Assembly (NCBI RefSeq): GCF_000143415.4
Contig: NW_003314297.1
Coordinates: 800,723 to 864,722, forward strand
Length of the DNA stretch: 64,000 nucleotides
Source: Selaginella moellendorffii
Lineage: Eukaryota; Plantae; Lycopodiophyta
Reading direction: 5' to 3'
The notes beneath the pieces were generated by a model that worked only from the letters and a program-made list of their open reading frames with translations, did no database searches and was not told the DNA's origin. Positions within the stretch are counted from its first letter, which is position 1. Every line of letters starts with the position of its first letter. This document shows positions 13,601 to 26,000 of the stretch, one piece after another. A program made the translations under genes and the position numbers.

Positions 13601-15293
13601 GAAGACGTGGAGCTTCTCAAGGAGATAACTGATACGTGCCGGGAGATCATATCTTGCTACGTCAACAAGACAACTGACAAGAACGGCCAAGTCGTCAATG
13701 TCCTCGACAAGCTGGGAAACTTTGGCTTTCTCAACATGGGAAGAAAAGAGCCGTGGCTCGAGGTGGTATACAAAACGAAGTTCAGGGACGCCAACCAGGA
13801 AAAGCTCCGGGTTCTTTTCGATTTTCTCAACGAGTGTCTCAAGCTCATCGTGGCGGACAACGAACTTCAGGGACTTAAGCAAGCTCTAGATGGGAGATAT
13901 GTGGAGCCCGGTCCAGGAGGAGATCCTATCAGGAATCCGAAAGTTCTTCCGACTGGAAAAAACATCCATGCATTGGATCCGCAAGCAATCCCAACGATAG
14001 CTGCTCTTCAGAGCGCCAAAGTCGTGGTGGAGCGCCTGCTGGAGCGTCAGAAGCTGGAAAACGAGGGAAAGTATCCCGAGACAATAGCTCTGGTGCTGTG
14101 GGGAACGGACAACATCAAGACTTATGGAGAGTCGCTTGCTCAAGTTCTATGGATGCTTGGAGTCAAGCCGGTGCCGGACGCCTTGGGACGTGTTAACAAG
14201 ATCGAGCCTGTGTCGCTGGAGGAGCTAGGAAGGCCAAGGATCGACGTCGTGGTGAATTGCTCCGGGGTGTTTAGAGACTTGTTCATCAACCAGGTCAGTT
14301 TTCTTCCTTGTTCTATCATCGGTTTTCTTTGTTTGAGATTCGACACTGACCAAAGTTCGCTCGTGTAGATGAATTTGCTCGATCGAGCAGTGAAGATGGT
14401 CGCAGAGCTGGACGAGCCTGCAGAGCAAAACTTCGTCCGCAAGCATGTGCTGGAGCAGGCCAAGAGCCTCGGCGTGGAAGTTCGCGAAGCTGCAACACGC
14501 ATCTTCTCCAACGCCTCGGGCTCTTACTCCTCAAACGTCAACCTGGCGGTGGAAAACTCGTCGTGGGACAACGAAAAGCAGCTGCAGGACATGTACCTGA
14601 CGAGGAAATCCTTCGCCTTCGACTCCGACACCCCAGGCGCGGGGATGAGCGAGAAGCGCAAGATCTTCGAAGCGGCTCTGGCAACGGCAGACGCGACTTT
14701 CCAGAACCTCGACTCGTCGGAGATCTCCCTCACTGACGTCAGCCACTACTTCGACTCGGACCCCACGAAACTCGTCCAGAGCCTCCGAGGCGACAAGAAG
14801 AAGCCCAGCGCGTACATTGCCGACACAACCACGGCAAACGCTCAGGTAAGAGTGGAGTGTTTCTAGCTTCTTGTTCTTCCAAGATCTAACAAGCTTCTCA
14901 TCGATCAAACAGGTAAGAACTCTCGGAGAAACCGTGAGGCTGGACGCGAGAACCAAGCTGCTGAATCCAAAGTGGTACGAAGGCATGCTGTCGAGCGGCT
15001 ACGAGGGCGTGCGCGAGATCGAGAAGAGGCTGACGAACACCATGGGGTGGAGCGCCACCTCCGGCCAAGTCGATAACTGGGTCTACGAGGAGGCCAACAC
15101 GACGTTCATCGAGGACGAGGCGATGCAAAAGCGGCTGCTCGAGACCAATCCAAACTCCTTCCGCAAGCTCGTCGCCACATTCTTGGAAGCCAACGGCCGC
15201 GGCTACTGGGAGACCTCGGACGAGAACTTGGAGAAGCTCCGCCAGTTATACGCCGAAGTGGAGGATCGCATCGAAGGGGTCGAGAGGAACTAA
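10638..15293 (+). CDS. CHLH: Magnesium chelatase subunit H (GUN5)
   Basis: Transit peptide in three small exons (10638-10710, 10774-10832, 10890-10946) spliced in frame to [27 protein letters not shown]. Also [40 protein letters not shown] and the end [12 protein letters not shown]. Confidence 0.97.
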
Positions 15294-15449
15294 AAGGTAA
15301 CACATTGTAAATTATTTTTACAGCAATAAATTACCTCAAGTTTTTGTTACCTCATAGAGGAAATTATTTTTACAACAAAAGTTACAAAGTTTTTATCAAT
15401 AACTTGACATGGATGTCACAAGGTTAAAACTCTGTAAAAAAGAAACTTT

Positions 15450-15523
15450 CGTGGACGGCAGGATTCGAACCTGCGCGAGTAAAACTCACATGGCATGCCC
15501 GATAACCACTCCGGCACGTCCAC
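15450..15523 (-). tRNA. tRNA-Ser-derived gene with the anticodon loop deleted (pseudo-tRNA / tRNA-like RNA)
   Basis: Minus strand reads GTGGACGTGCCGGAGTGGTTATCGGGCATG-C-CATGTGAGTTTTACTCGCGCAGGTTCGAATCCTGCCGTCCACG, matching plant tRNA-Ser except that ACTNGAAAT is replaced by C. A T7 Pol III terminator follows. Confidence 0.88.
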
Positions 15524-15644
15524 GTCACCTACACGCCATGGAAGTGTTCTTCCCGCCAAGACCGCGAGCGTTTTTCTAAAATCTAGGGCTCATATTTTAT
15601 TCGATGGGGGAGGAGGAAGAACAGGAGCATCGTGCTGAGCGATC

Positions 15645-17766
15645 ATGGCGGCAGTGCCCGGAAAGATCCCGGCCAGTCAGCGTGCTGTTGCTTTCGGTAA
15701 GCTGGGCCTACTCTCACGGGTGTCTTGTTGTCGTTCTCGCGCCGCGCGATTTCGTCCTGGCTACCTCTCCCTCTCACCTCGACGAGGTCTCGCGGCCGCC
15801 ACTTGCACTGCGTCAGTCGCTATGGATCCACTGCAAACCGATCGCCTGGTCGCGGAGCTGCGCGATGCGTTCCGGAGCGGGCGGACGCGCCCCATGGAAT
15901 GGCGCGCGGCGCAGCTCCGCGCCATGCTGCGGATGATCGATGAGCGGGAGGGGGAGATCATCGAGGCGCTGGATCGGGATATTGGGAAGCCAGCGTACGA
16001 GACATATGTTGCGGAGGTGGGAGATTTTTTTCTTCCTTTGTTTTTGTCGCTCTATAAGTTTTTGTTGTCTCAGCTCTCGACGATAGCCAATTCGTGTACA
16101 AATGCTCTCAAACATCTCAGAAGCTGGATGGCTCCAGACAAGGTAGTTTTGATCGATCGATTTTGCAAAAGATCGTCTTTTGCTGCTGGCAGGTCTCGAC
16201 ATCGATGATCAGCTTTCCTTCATCCGGAGAAATCGTCCCAGAGCCCCTCGGCGTTGCGCTCGTTATCTCTGCCTGGAACTTCCCTTTCCGTGAGTCTCTG
16301 GAATTCTAGTTCTCATGACTAGTGTTTTCTTTTCTTTTCCTGTAGTGCTGTCTCTGGATCCCGTCATCGGTGCCATCTGTGCTGGGAACGCGGTGGTCTT
16401 GAAACCATCGGAGCTTGCACCGGCCACTGCTGCTTTGCTTGCAAAACTGGTTCCTTTGTACTTGGACAAGAAGGCCATTCGCGTTGTAGAAGGAGGTGTT
16501 CCGGAGACAACAGCTCTTCTGGATCAGCAGTGGGACAAGATTTTCTACACTGGTAAGTTGATAACTTCTTTTCAACTGGACGAAGGAAGAACTCACTCTA
16601 TCATCGCAGGGAGCACGCGTGTGGGCAAGATAGTCATGGCTGCTGCTGCCAAGAATCTGACACCGGTGGTGTTGGAGCTCGGGGGAAAGTCCCCGGTTCT
16701 TGTTGATTCCAATGTAGATGTCAAGGTACAGTCCATTGCGTGACTTGTGGAATAACTTGTGAGTCCATTCCTAACTTTACATTAGGTGACTGCGAGGAGA
16801 ATTGCTCTTGGGAAATGGGGCAACAACAACGCACAAGCTTGCATCTCTCCCGATTATATCCTTGCTGACGAATCGGTGGTACCAAAATTGGTACGCTTTT
16901 TATTTCTCTCGCCTCTTTCTTCTGTCGCTTCAACATTAAGTTGTCGCAGATAACTGCCATCAAGGAGTGTTTGCTTGAATTCTATGGGGATGATCCAAGC
17001 AAGTCCAAGGACATCGCTCGCGTCGTCAATGGCTCTCACTTTGAACGCCTCACGGGCCTCTTGGACGAGGACGGGGTGAAAGACAAGATAGTGTTTGGAG
17101 GAGCACGGGACTCAAACAAGCTGTACGTTCATTTTTTGTTTTCTTGTTCGTGTCTTACTATTTCCCTGAACCCCCAGGTTCATCGCTCCCACTGTTATCC
17201 TCGATCCTCCCGCGGACAGTGCCGTCATGACGGAGGAGATTTTTGGACCACTGCTGCCCGTCATCCCGGTGAGTTCTTTTTTTCTCCAGTGCCGCACACA
17301 TACTCAGTTTTTCAACAATAACAGGTTGACTCCATGGAATCCGCCATGAGCTTTGTAAACACGAGGCCCAAACCTCTGGCCCTCTATCTCTTCACTCGCG
17401 ACAAAGCTCTGGAGAAGAAGGTGGTCAGCGAAACATCAGCGGGAGGCATGGTTGTCAATGACACAGTTTTACATGTAAGTGTGAACGTTTTGTTAGTGGA
17501 TTTTTGATGTTTTTGGTCCTTCGCAGTTTGTCACCGAGACAATGCCTTTCGGTGGCGTCGGGCACAGTGGAATGGGGGCGTACCATGGCAAGTTCTCTTT
17601 CGATGCTTTCAGCCACAGAAAGGCCGTTTTATACCGAGGCTTCTGGGGGGACATGGCGTCGCGATATCCTCCTTACACCATTGCCAAGCAAACTTTTGTA
17701 AAGAATTTTCTCCAAGGGAACTATCTGGAAGCGATCAAGGCCTTACTCCAAACTCTAAGATCATGA
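15645..17766 (+). CDS. ALDH3: Aldehyde dehydrogenase family 3 (ALDH3H/3I-like), with putative transit peptide
   Basis: [55 protein letters not shown] (catalytic Cys), [33 protein letters not shown]. Confidence 0.92.
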
Positions 17767-17829
17767 TAGATCCTCTATGATGCGAAACTCAACTTTATAA
17801 TTTTAAATGTTGAAAGTTTTGATAGGATA

Positions 17830-20087
17830 TTATATGCTTTCTATCATTCTTTTACGAATAATTTCGATCGCGTCTTTTGGAGGTGTGGTCTTGAAAAGAT
17901 TTCCCCTTTCCTCCACAATCCCAAGTCTCAGGAGCTTACCAACAGCATCCTTGACTTGGAATTCACTCGTCCCACTCTGGAAAGTGTCCATGAGAATATT
18001 ATTGCATTGATCTTGCAGCTCCTGCAATGAAACTTAGCGATGCCCAGAACGCAAATATAAATTAGACAAACCTCTTCGTCAAGACACTTTTCGTCAGGCT
18101 GCCTAAGTAAAACATAGTACGCTATAATAGCCTCTTTCACCTGTTTTATGCAGACAGACACCATTTTAAAGAGCTCTATGAGTTAACATCCTTCTCACCT
18201 CTTGCTGGATGGCCTCATCCATAACATACAAGAGAGTTCCATGTCCACAATCAAGCTGTTTATCCTCCATGAGCTTGTTGATGAGCCTCTCGTACTCGAG
18301 AACATTCATAGTGAACCTGCATTCATAGTGGAAAATCGATGAGAAAGAAGCCTTAGTTGCTTGATAGATTGACACTTACGTTAGATAAACTTTTGTGGCA
18401 TAACTGAAAAAAACTACAAGCATTCCGATCACCAGGCCCATGGGATTGTGCTGCCGCAAGGCTGATAGAATCCCCACCTAAAGACCTTGAGCGATAAGCT
18501 TAATTCTGAAAACATTGGACTTACTAGAGAAATGAAGAAGAACACCAAAAGTGTGATCCAGTCCGTAAATGGGAGCTTTGGATGCTTTTTAGCGGGCTGT
18601 AATAAAAACAAAATCGTGAGATAAGTGAGAGATATAGCATCGGATATTATACCAGGATAAGCTCCATGTCTGCCATTGGAATTCCCTTGTAGTGCCTTAT
18701 GTGAATGCCGCGCTCTCCATGGCAGGAAGTATGGGTCAAACTTGTGGCTTTCCTGTACGCAATCTCAATTCAGCGAAAACTCTCAAAACAACTCATGAAA
18801 ACAACCTGTAGACTATGATCATGTGATCAAATGTTGGCTCTTGCAGATCGAGCTTCTGAAAAAACTTCTTAAATCGGAACGAGTTTGACACGTGAATTCG
18901 CTTCACACATATGAAGTTCTCAGACGTCCTGCCATAGAGTGAACTAAGATTATTGTAAGTGCTTCGGAGTAAATGAATAAAACTTACCTTGCAGGTTCCG
19001 ACTCGCGACTCTTAGACTCTTCTGCAACAGACTTCCTGCGGCAAAAGCTCACCAACCTTGTAAGGATCAGAAGAAGTATGGGCTCACATACCCCAAGAGC
19101 CAGCGCCATGCTTTCACAGCATAGAGTTTGATGGTGTTCCAGAAAAATTTAAGGATGCAATCAATCTTTGCTTGATAGAACTGACCGCTCTTTCTATCTA
19201 TCCCAATGCCTCGACGAAATATTACGTAGAGGGAGCCTAAGTCCCCGCCAGGATTGATATCGTGATATTTCGAGTCCTTGAAGAACTGATCGTCAAGCTG
19301 GACAACAGAAGGAAAGACGTCGTCATTCAGAATTAATTCTTCATCCTATACTACGACCTTTTTCCGATTGATTTTCGTGGTCAAATGGAAGAGATACTGA
19401 CTGGAGGTGGCCACTTTCAGCTCTTGCGCGCTCAAAGGCTTGAAGTTACTTTTGTCCATGGCCTGAGAGCTTGTCTATATTATAATCACTGAACCGTAGC
19501 AGGAAAAGTGAGAGACACTTACGTCGGATAAAAGCTCGAGAAATCTATCCTGACTTTCCTTGACTTGGGATTCAGAAAAGCTTTCCAGCTTCTTGACATT
19601 GCCAAGAGGATTGAAGAGCTCATAGACATCCTGCAATGTTCTTTCAATGAAAGAGAAGAAAACTTGAAACAGTAGACCAGACGCTGTAGCTTACAGTGAG
19701 ATTCTCTCGTCTAGAGCGGTACTGCAAGGCGATTATTTGCTCCAGCTTGTCACAAAGCAGCAGAAAATCATCCCGATGCGCTGAAAAGGCAAGGGGTCTT
19801 ATAAACCAAAATGCTACGCAATCTAGTACCCTGACCGATAATGGAAGAGCAGAGCTTGGAGATGAGCTCCTTCTTGGGAATCTCGATCACAATCTCCCGC
19901 TTGAGGCGGATGCTGTGGTCCTCCACTCGCAATTCGATCTCCGACCTGCCCCTGTGACAAGAAGCACAATCAGGGGGCGGGCGAGAAAGATGAAAGAATC
20001 AAACATACGCAGTGTACTTACATTGCTTTGGCAAGAATAGAGGGATGGCGCCCCCGCCCAGCTGCATTTTGTTCGCGGCAGCGCCAT
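17830..20087 (-). CDS. DUF3754 / TMEM143-like protein (full-length copy)
   Basis: Multi-exon. IRHYKGIPMADMELI motif, TM segment FTDWITLLVFFFISL, GTLLYVMDEAIQQEVKEAIIAYYVL, VKDAVGKLLRLGIV. Confidence 0.8.
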
Positions 20088-20305
20088 CGCTTTGCTTGCT
20101 GCCTACTCGTGAATCTCCTCCTTGCGGATCAAGGAAGAAAATAAAAAATATTAGGGCTCTACATTTGAATAATCGAGGGCGTGACGTGGATTAGGGCATG
20201 CGAGGTGGGCCCGTTAAGGGTAACTAGCTGTTTCTCGAATATGCTTACTTTAATACCCTTTCTATTATTAGGCGCCCTTACCCTAACCCTAACCCTTCTA
20301 ACCTT
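20088..20305. promoter_or_regulatory. Divergent promoter of DUF3754/CCR-like gene with site II (TGGGCC) and telo-box-like (CCCTAA)n
   Basis: GTGGGCCC at ~20205 and CCCTTACCCTAACCCTAACCCT at ~20275-20296. Repeated at ~38590-38680, 53755-53855 and 61869-61960. Confidence 0.55.
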
Positions 20306-20639
20306 TCAGGAGAAATGCCATTCCTTGCCAGGTCTGTGACATTACAATCCATCTGTGAGTTGTCATGCGGCCTACGTGGCTCGTGCAAGGCCTCAAGGTG
20401 GACTTAAACAATTGGGGCGAATTTTACTCGCCACACCAGATCGATTGGAATGAGCTCCTCCTTTTTGAATAAACATATACTGTCAATGTCCGCTGCGCAA
20501 AATTCAGAGTTGGAGATATTCTCTGGAACAAAACATATATAGAAAGGTGCAAGTTTTACGTAGTTATAAATTGAGGAACTATATCCCCTCCTGTCAAATC
20601 TATTTTTATTTCATTGAATTCCCCCTAATAAAAATAGAT

Positions 20640-20850
20640 TCACATCATAATATATTTGATTGCATAATGAGATTCAGCACTTGAAAATTTATGGCTTTCA
20701 AAAGCAATTATATGACTGTCTTGCGTGAGCACAGCACTAATTCCCGCATCACTTACATTTGTTATCACTATGAACGACTTTGCAGCATTTAGAAGAACAA
20801 TGATAGTTGTCATCACTACCATCTTAAGCTGTGCAAACCTAGAAGCTACT
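20640..20850 (-). pseudogene. Decayed Ty3/Gypsy RT-RNase H fragment
   Basis: Translation SDAGISAVLTQDSHIIAFESHKFSSAESHY resembles Gypsy RNase H (DAS..GIGAVL.Q..HPIAF.SRKL..AE.NY). Confidence 0.65.
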
Positions 20851-22016
20851 GCTTTATTCCACTTTATAAAGAAACAGAAACAGCATTAATGTATACCACA
20901 GAAACAGCATTAATGCATACCACAGAAACAGCGAGCAAACCACTACACATGTGTTGTTTGTTTTTTGTTTCAGGCAAGCAAGAAACAAGCCAATCACTAC
21001 ACATGTGTTTTGGCTGACCAAATTATACTACTGCCCTATAGTAATATTTATAAAGAGTTAAACTTTTCTTATTGCTTGATACAAGTATGGCGTGCAATTC
21101 GTAAAAGGGTGGATTTTACAACTGTGGATTTCATTCACACCACGTGTATGCTTGCTATTGGTCCACATGTATTATGAGTGTGAAAAAAACACAGGCATAG
21201 AATATTTTACGAATATCCAATCCTTATGCCCCGGATGGGGCATCATGCCCATAGCAATGACCCATGCTATGTATGGAATGGAGCCATTCATGGCCCATAG
21301 ACCCATTCATCCCATGCATTCGACCAAGTTGTTAATGTTGCAAACCAAATGGACAATCGACTAAATTGCATACCATACTACCTTATCTAGAGCACTATGT
21401 TCTCACGTCTTGCTCTTGGCGCTCATGGCAAGAGTTTATCTTTCGTTGCAATGCATTTACGAATTGCACGCCTTTTTTAACATAGTGTCATAGCAAGCAT
21501 AAGTGAACTCCATCTAGAATTTGGGATCGCTGTGTCCTCCCCACATTGCCGACCGCCGCTGTGCTGCTCGCAATCATCGATGCTCCCATTGTTACCCGCC
21601 GCAGCGTCTAGGCAATCATTGAATCCTCTTGCTTCCTCCGTCTTGCATTGTGATTCTTGAGGTGCATTCACCATGGACGTGAAGAACTCCTGGGCTCTCA
21701 TAGCTGGAAAATGTTGGAAATTGAGTCACACCTGGGCACACCTCTTTTAACATAGTGTTTATAGCAAACATAAGTGAACTCCATCTAACTCCATTGCAAA
21801 GCCATGGATATATACTATCTGGAGTCATGTTTTTAATGGATCCCATTGAGTTTATCTTTTGTTGCAATTGATTTCCAGTGTAGCTCTCTCAACACTTGAG
21901 TTTTGTACCATGATGCTTAGAAGATTTGCATATGACTCAAAAGTAGGTTGAAGTCTAACCAATTCAATGAATTGGTGGGGCTTATACTTCAATTGTAAAG
22001 GTGCATAGTGTTGATG

Positions 22017-22290
22017 TTTGGACCTAGAGTTCTCTCAAGAGGAGCATGCTAAAGGAAATTTGAGAATGTGGAAGTTGCAATTGCATGTAGTAACATTCAG
22101 GATAACAATAGACACTTTCAACATTTTCCAATTATAATTGTTTCAAATTGGACCTGGAGTTCTCTCAAGAGGAGCATGCTGAAGGAGATTTGAGAATATG
22201 GAAGTTGCAATTACATGTAGTAACATTTAGGTGAGAAGAGCAATGACAATGGACACTTACAATATTTTCCAATCATAACCGTTTCAAATT
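22017..22290 (+). repeat. ~130-bp direct tandem duplication inside the transposon
   Basis: TGGACCT(A/G)GAGTTCTCTCAAGAGGAGCATGCT...GTAGTAACATT occurs at ~22018 and ~22149. Confidence 0.75.
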
Positions 22291-23039
22291 TTGAAATTTG
22301 TAAAAAGGGTTTCCAAGCATGGGGCAAAACTATCCAATGTATGCCGTGCGCTACGGCCGAAGAACTGGAGTTTTCAGGGATTGGAAGCTCGTGCTCACTT
22401 TGGTAAGAGTAGATTTGTAATAGTTTCCTATATGGTCTAACCCTTTTGCAATGTTTGAGGTTTTTGGGTTTCCTCCTAGCATGGCAAACTAGAGAGGATT
22501 TTATGAGGCACAACAATGGATCCAATAGGGACAGGACTGAGGATTCTATATGATGCCTCCTCCTCTCAAGGCTCGACAATCCCTTCGACAAGGCAGCCTA
22601 AGACTACTTCTAATCTTGTGTCAATCACCGAGGGGAAAGGTCCTGCTGAAGAAAGTGACAGTGAGGGATATGTTACTGCTCGAGATGCAAGCGAGGACGA
22701 GTTCACAAACCCAGAGGGTGATTTTGGTTCTACCAAACAGGTTGAGAGTTCCTCAAGTGAGGATGGGCATCATGTAGCACCCAAGCTCAATAGTTTTGAC
22801 CCAGAACCTAAATTGGGAGCTGCTTTGGAAGCTATAATGATTACCCTTGGTGAGACAAGCATAAGCCAAAAGGGTACCAAGGGCCGCAAGTGCCTATAAT
22901 GGGCATTTATAGAATATTTTGAATATTCTTACCTTTAACTTTGCCAATGAACTGGAAAGAGTCTCTTTCAAAGTGTGAAACATATTTCAAGACAATTATC
23001 TATTTTTATTGTGAAAGTGTCTACATTACTTCCACAACA

Positions 23040-26000
23040 TCAGCCCAATCCATACAAGCTCTCTGGATTTTGGAGTGCCCGGTGGATCTTGTGTTTGGTC
23101 CACTCCTTTGACGGGTATGTTAAAGGGAAGAAAACTTCTCGTGTGCATGTGGAGAACCTGGGAAATCGAGTAGATGATGTACTCTGTCTCTCAACTTGGA
23201 TCCAAATAGGCTCTCCTGGTCGGAACTCTAGAGAATCAACCGCAAAGTGATGGAACTTGGATAACTCTTTCGGGCTCATATCTATAAAATGTTCAAACAT
23301 ACAAGAGTTTTAGTTGTTTGTGAAAGTAAATAGTTACCTCGAATGATGTCCACAATCCAGTTGCGGAAGTTCTCTCCAAAGTCCTGATCAAAGATCAGGC
23401 AGTTGATGAATTCCGCAGGAGGAATGATCGTCCTTACCCGGAAGACCTGTAACAAAGCATCTGTCCCAATGAGTGAAAGCCCACCTAGCAATGCTGGACT
23501 CTTGTAAGGCCTCTAACGAGCTTCCATGCGCATTGAGTGTTGGAAGCCATCTTGGAGTAAGTCTCCCACTACGTTTGGCTCGATGAATAGATAACGCCAA
23601 ACCACCGCAGCCATGCATGCCTCCACAGCCTACTCATAACCTTCACCAAGTTCGGTGAGTCTAGACTCAAGCACTGCATTGTAGTCAGTAATTGCAGGGT
23701 TCTCTAGGATGGAATCCACAGACTTGCACCGATCGCCCTCCTCTTTTAGGCTTGATGCACCTCACAATTGGTTGAGTGCATTCCAGATATGCGGCACGCA
23801 TGCCTTGAGGTCCATCTCATATAATCCTCCTCGGGCAAGTCGTCAGTCATCCTCGTTTGGAACCTCTCCAACTGCAATTGCCAATGTTGCAATTGTACAC
23901 CCGCGAGAAACTTGTGCATTACATTCGAACGCTTAGAATAGCAACCATCCCACAAAGATAGCCTGTGCATATAAAAATGAGGAGCATATAAAACTTGTGC
24001 TTTAAACTTAACTTACCACATCCCGCTTTTCTTGTCGTAACGTCCTAGAATGCACTGGCATCCCAGGATGCCAATATGTGGCTCCTTCCCTAAGCACAAA
24101 CAGTCCACGCGTCTATAACACAAAGTTACTCTAGTGAGCCAAGTGAAAATTAGACTTACCGATCCTGGAATCTAGCGAACAGCCTCCCTAATGGCTTTTG
24201 CATGTGGCCCACCCGCATCTATTGTGGATTCCTCCCACACCAAAGCTCCTCCAATCTCAGACGCATAGACTACTTTGTAATTCGGTGTGCGGAGATTAGT
24301 ATTGAAGGTGAATTGGAAACAACTGAATTTATTGTTTGGTGCAATCTAGAAGGACAAGTGAGGTAACTCCAATTCATAGGCAATCCATTGCTTACCAGAA
24401 TGCAAGATGGCCTCAAACGTGTACGAGCAAGTCTGTATGGCCGAAGCATAGCCTTCTCGATGCAAAAACGAGAGAACTTATAATACAATGTTTCAGCAAT
24501 GTCAAATAGTTCTCTCAATTGTTGTGCAGCCGCCCAATTCCTACGTAGGTCCCTGCACAAAACCATAAGATGGTACTAAGTGCTAAGAAATAGATACACG
24601 TACCTCTTCTCAATGAACCGTGCTATTGTGGATTTAAGAATTGAAGGAAGCACATTAATACTTACTTTAGCAAGGAGCTGTTGGATTGTGTTGTCACAAA
24701 ACACATCCTCGTACTGTGCTTCTGAAAGGCCAAGCTTAAGGAGAAGACTCTCCCAATCTTGCCAATGAGGCATGGCTTGGTTGAAAAGCACGCGCCGCAG
24801 AAATATTTCGCCGCCAGCCCAATGGAATTCAGGGTGTCTAGCAATAACGTCTAGCATCTCCTCGTCACTTGTGCTCTCCACGCCAAAGCAACTAAGAAGC
24901 TTGTGTTTCAGCCACTGCACCTGTGAGAGAACTTCAACATCCCCCTGTGCCCTCACCTCAAGGGTTGTGGTGGCATCCTGTAAGGCAAAAACCTCCTCAA
25001 TCTGCAGCATGATGAAGTTGGCACTATCCTGAGTGGTTAACTGAACAGCTTCATTAAATGCATTGGTGGCATCAATCCATCTTTGTTGACACTCCAACAA
25101 TCTACATGCAAACATTAGTTCAATTTTGAATGCCACAATTTTCAATTATCTTACTCTACTGTAGAAAAGTTATCAAGCAACTCCATAAGAGTAAATAGAG
25201 TGGAGCTACTTCCCTCTAGAAAGGGGGGTGGAGGCACACCATGGTCTTCAAGGCCTCCGCCATCACTGTCATACACTACCATTGGCCTATCTGCACTCAA
25301 AAATTAGAAAATGAAGAAAATATTCATTTATGTTAATGCTTTTTACCAGCCGCATGGCCTGGAGCCACTATCTCTGGTGACAAGGATGTCTCTGGAGATC
25401 CTTGGTGCGGTTCATCCCCACCATCACCTTGTTCTTCGACTCCACTAATGTCCATATTGTCTTGTGTGGGGAGAATTTCTTTCGGTAATGGAAGAATGTC
25501 CTTTTCATCCGCAGAGTCTTCTTCTTCATTATTCTCGTAAGGGTTTGGTTCCTGCGTGGCTGGCCTTGGATCATCATTTGCAGTCAAGGTATTTGTAGCA
25601 GCTATAACTGCAAAGACCACAACATATATTTGTGAGGAGGGAACTTAAAAAAAAAATGACTTACGTTCACGAACATCCTTCTCCTTGAGTGCTCGGGCCT
25701 GTTTTTGATAACGTAGCCAATGTTTGTCAGTATGATGCTCCATAACATTGTATAAATATATTACTATTGCCCGATTGCCATTGGCCTTGTTTGCTATAGC
25801 TCCCCATGATGTTTGAGGAGGCCAGTAGCAAGGCCAGATAGAGCTGAGGCCAAATTTTGCAGACTCGGCATGGGCCTCACCACCATTGGACTACCTTGCA
25901 TGCCAAACAAATGCTCCTGGGTTGGTCATGGATAAAGGTTGGATTCCTGAGGCTTGGAGTGATAGTAGAATCGCATGTTGGGCTGTGCCGGGCTGGAAAG

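Noticed and set aside
11246-15303. Antisense/alternate-frame ORFs over CHLH (and similar ones over other genes)
   Set aside because: Shadow ORFs of long GC-rich coding exons.
20275-20305. Interstitial telomere / chromosome fusion
   Set aside because: Only ~3 CCCTAA units at a promoter; better explained as telo-box elements duplicated with the unit.
22516-22899. 127-aa acidic ORF as a third transposon gene
   Set aside because: Low complexity, no recognisable domain or splice partners; possible but unsupported.
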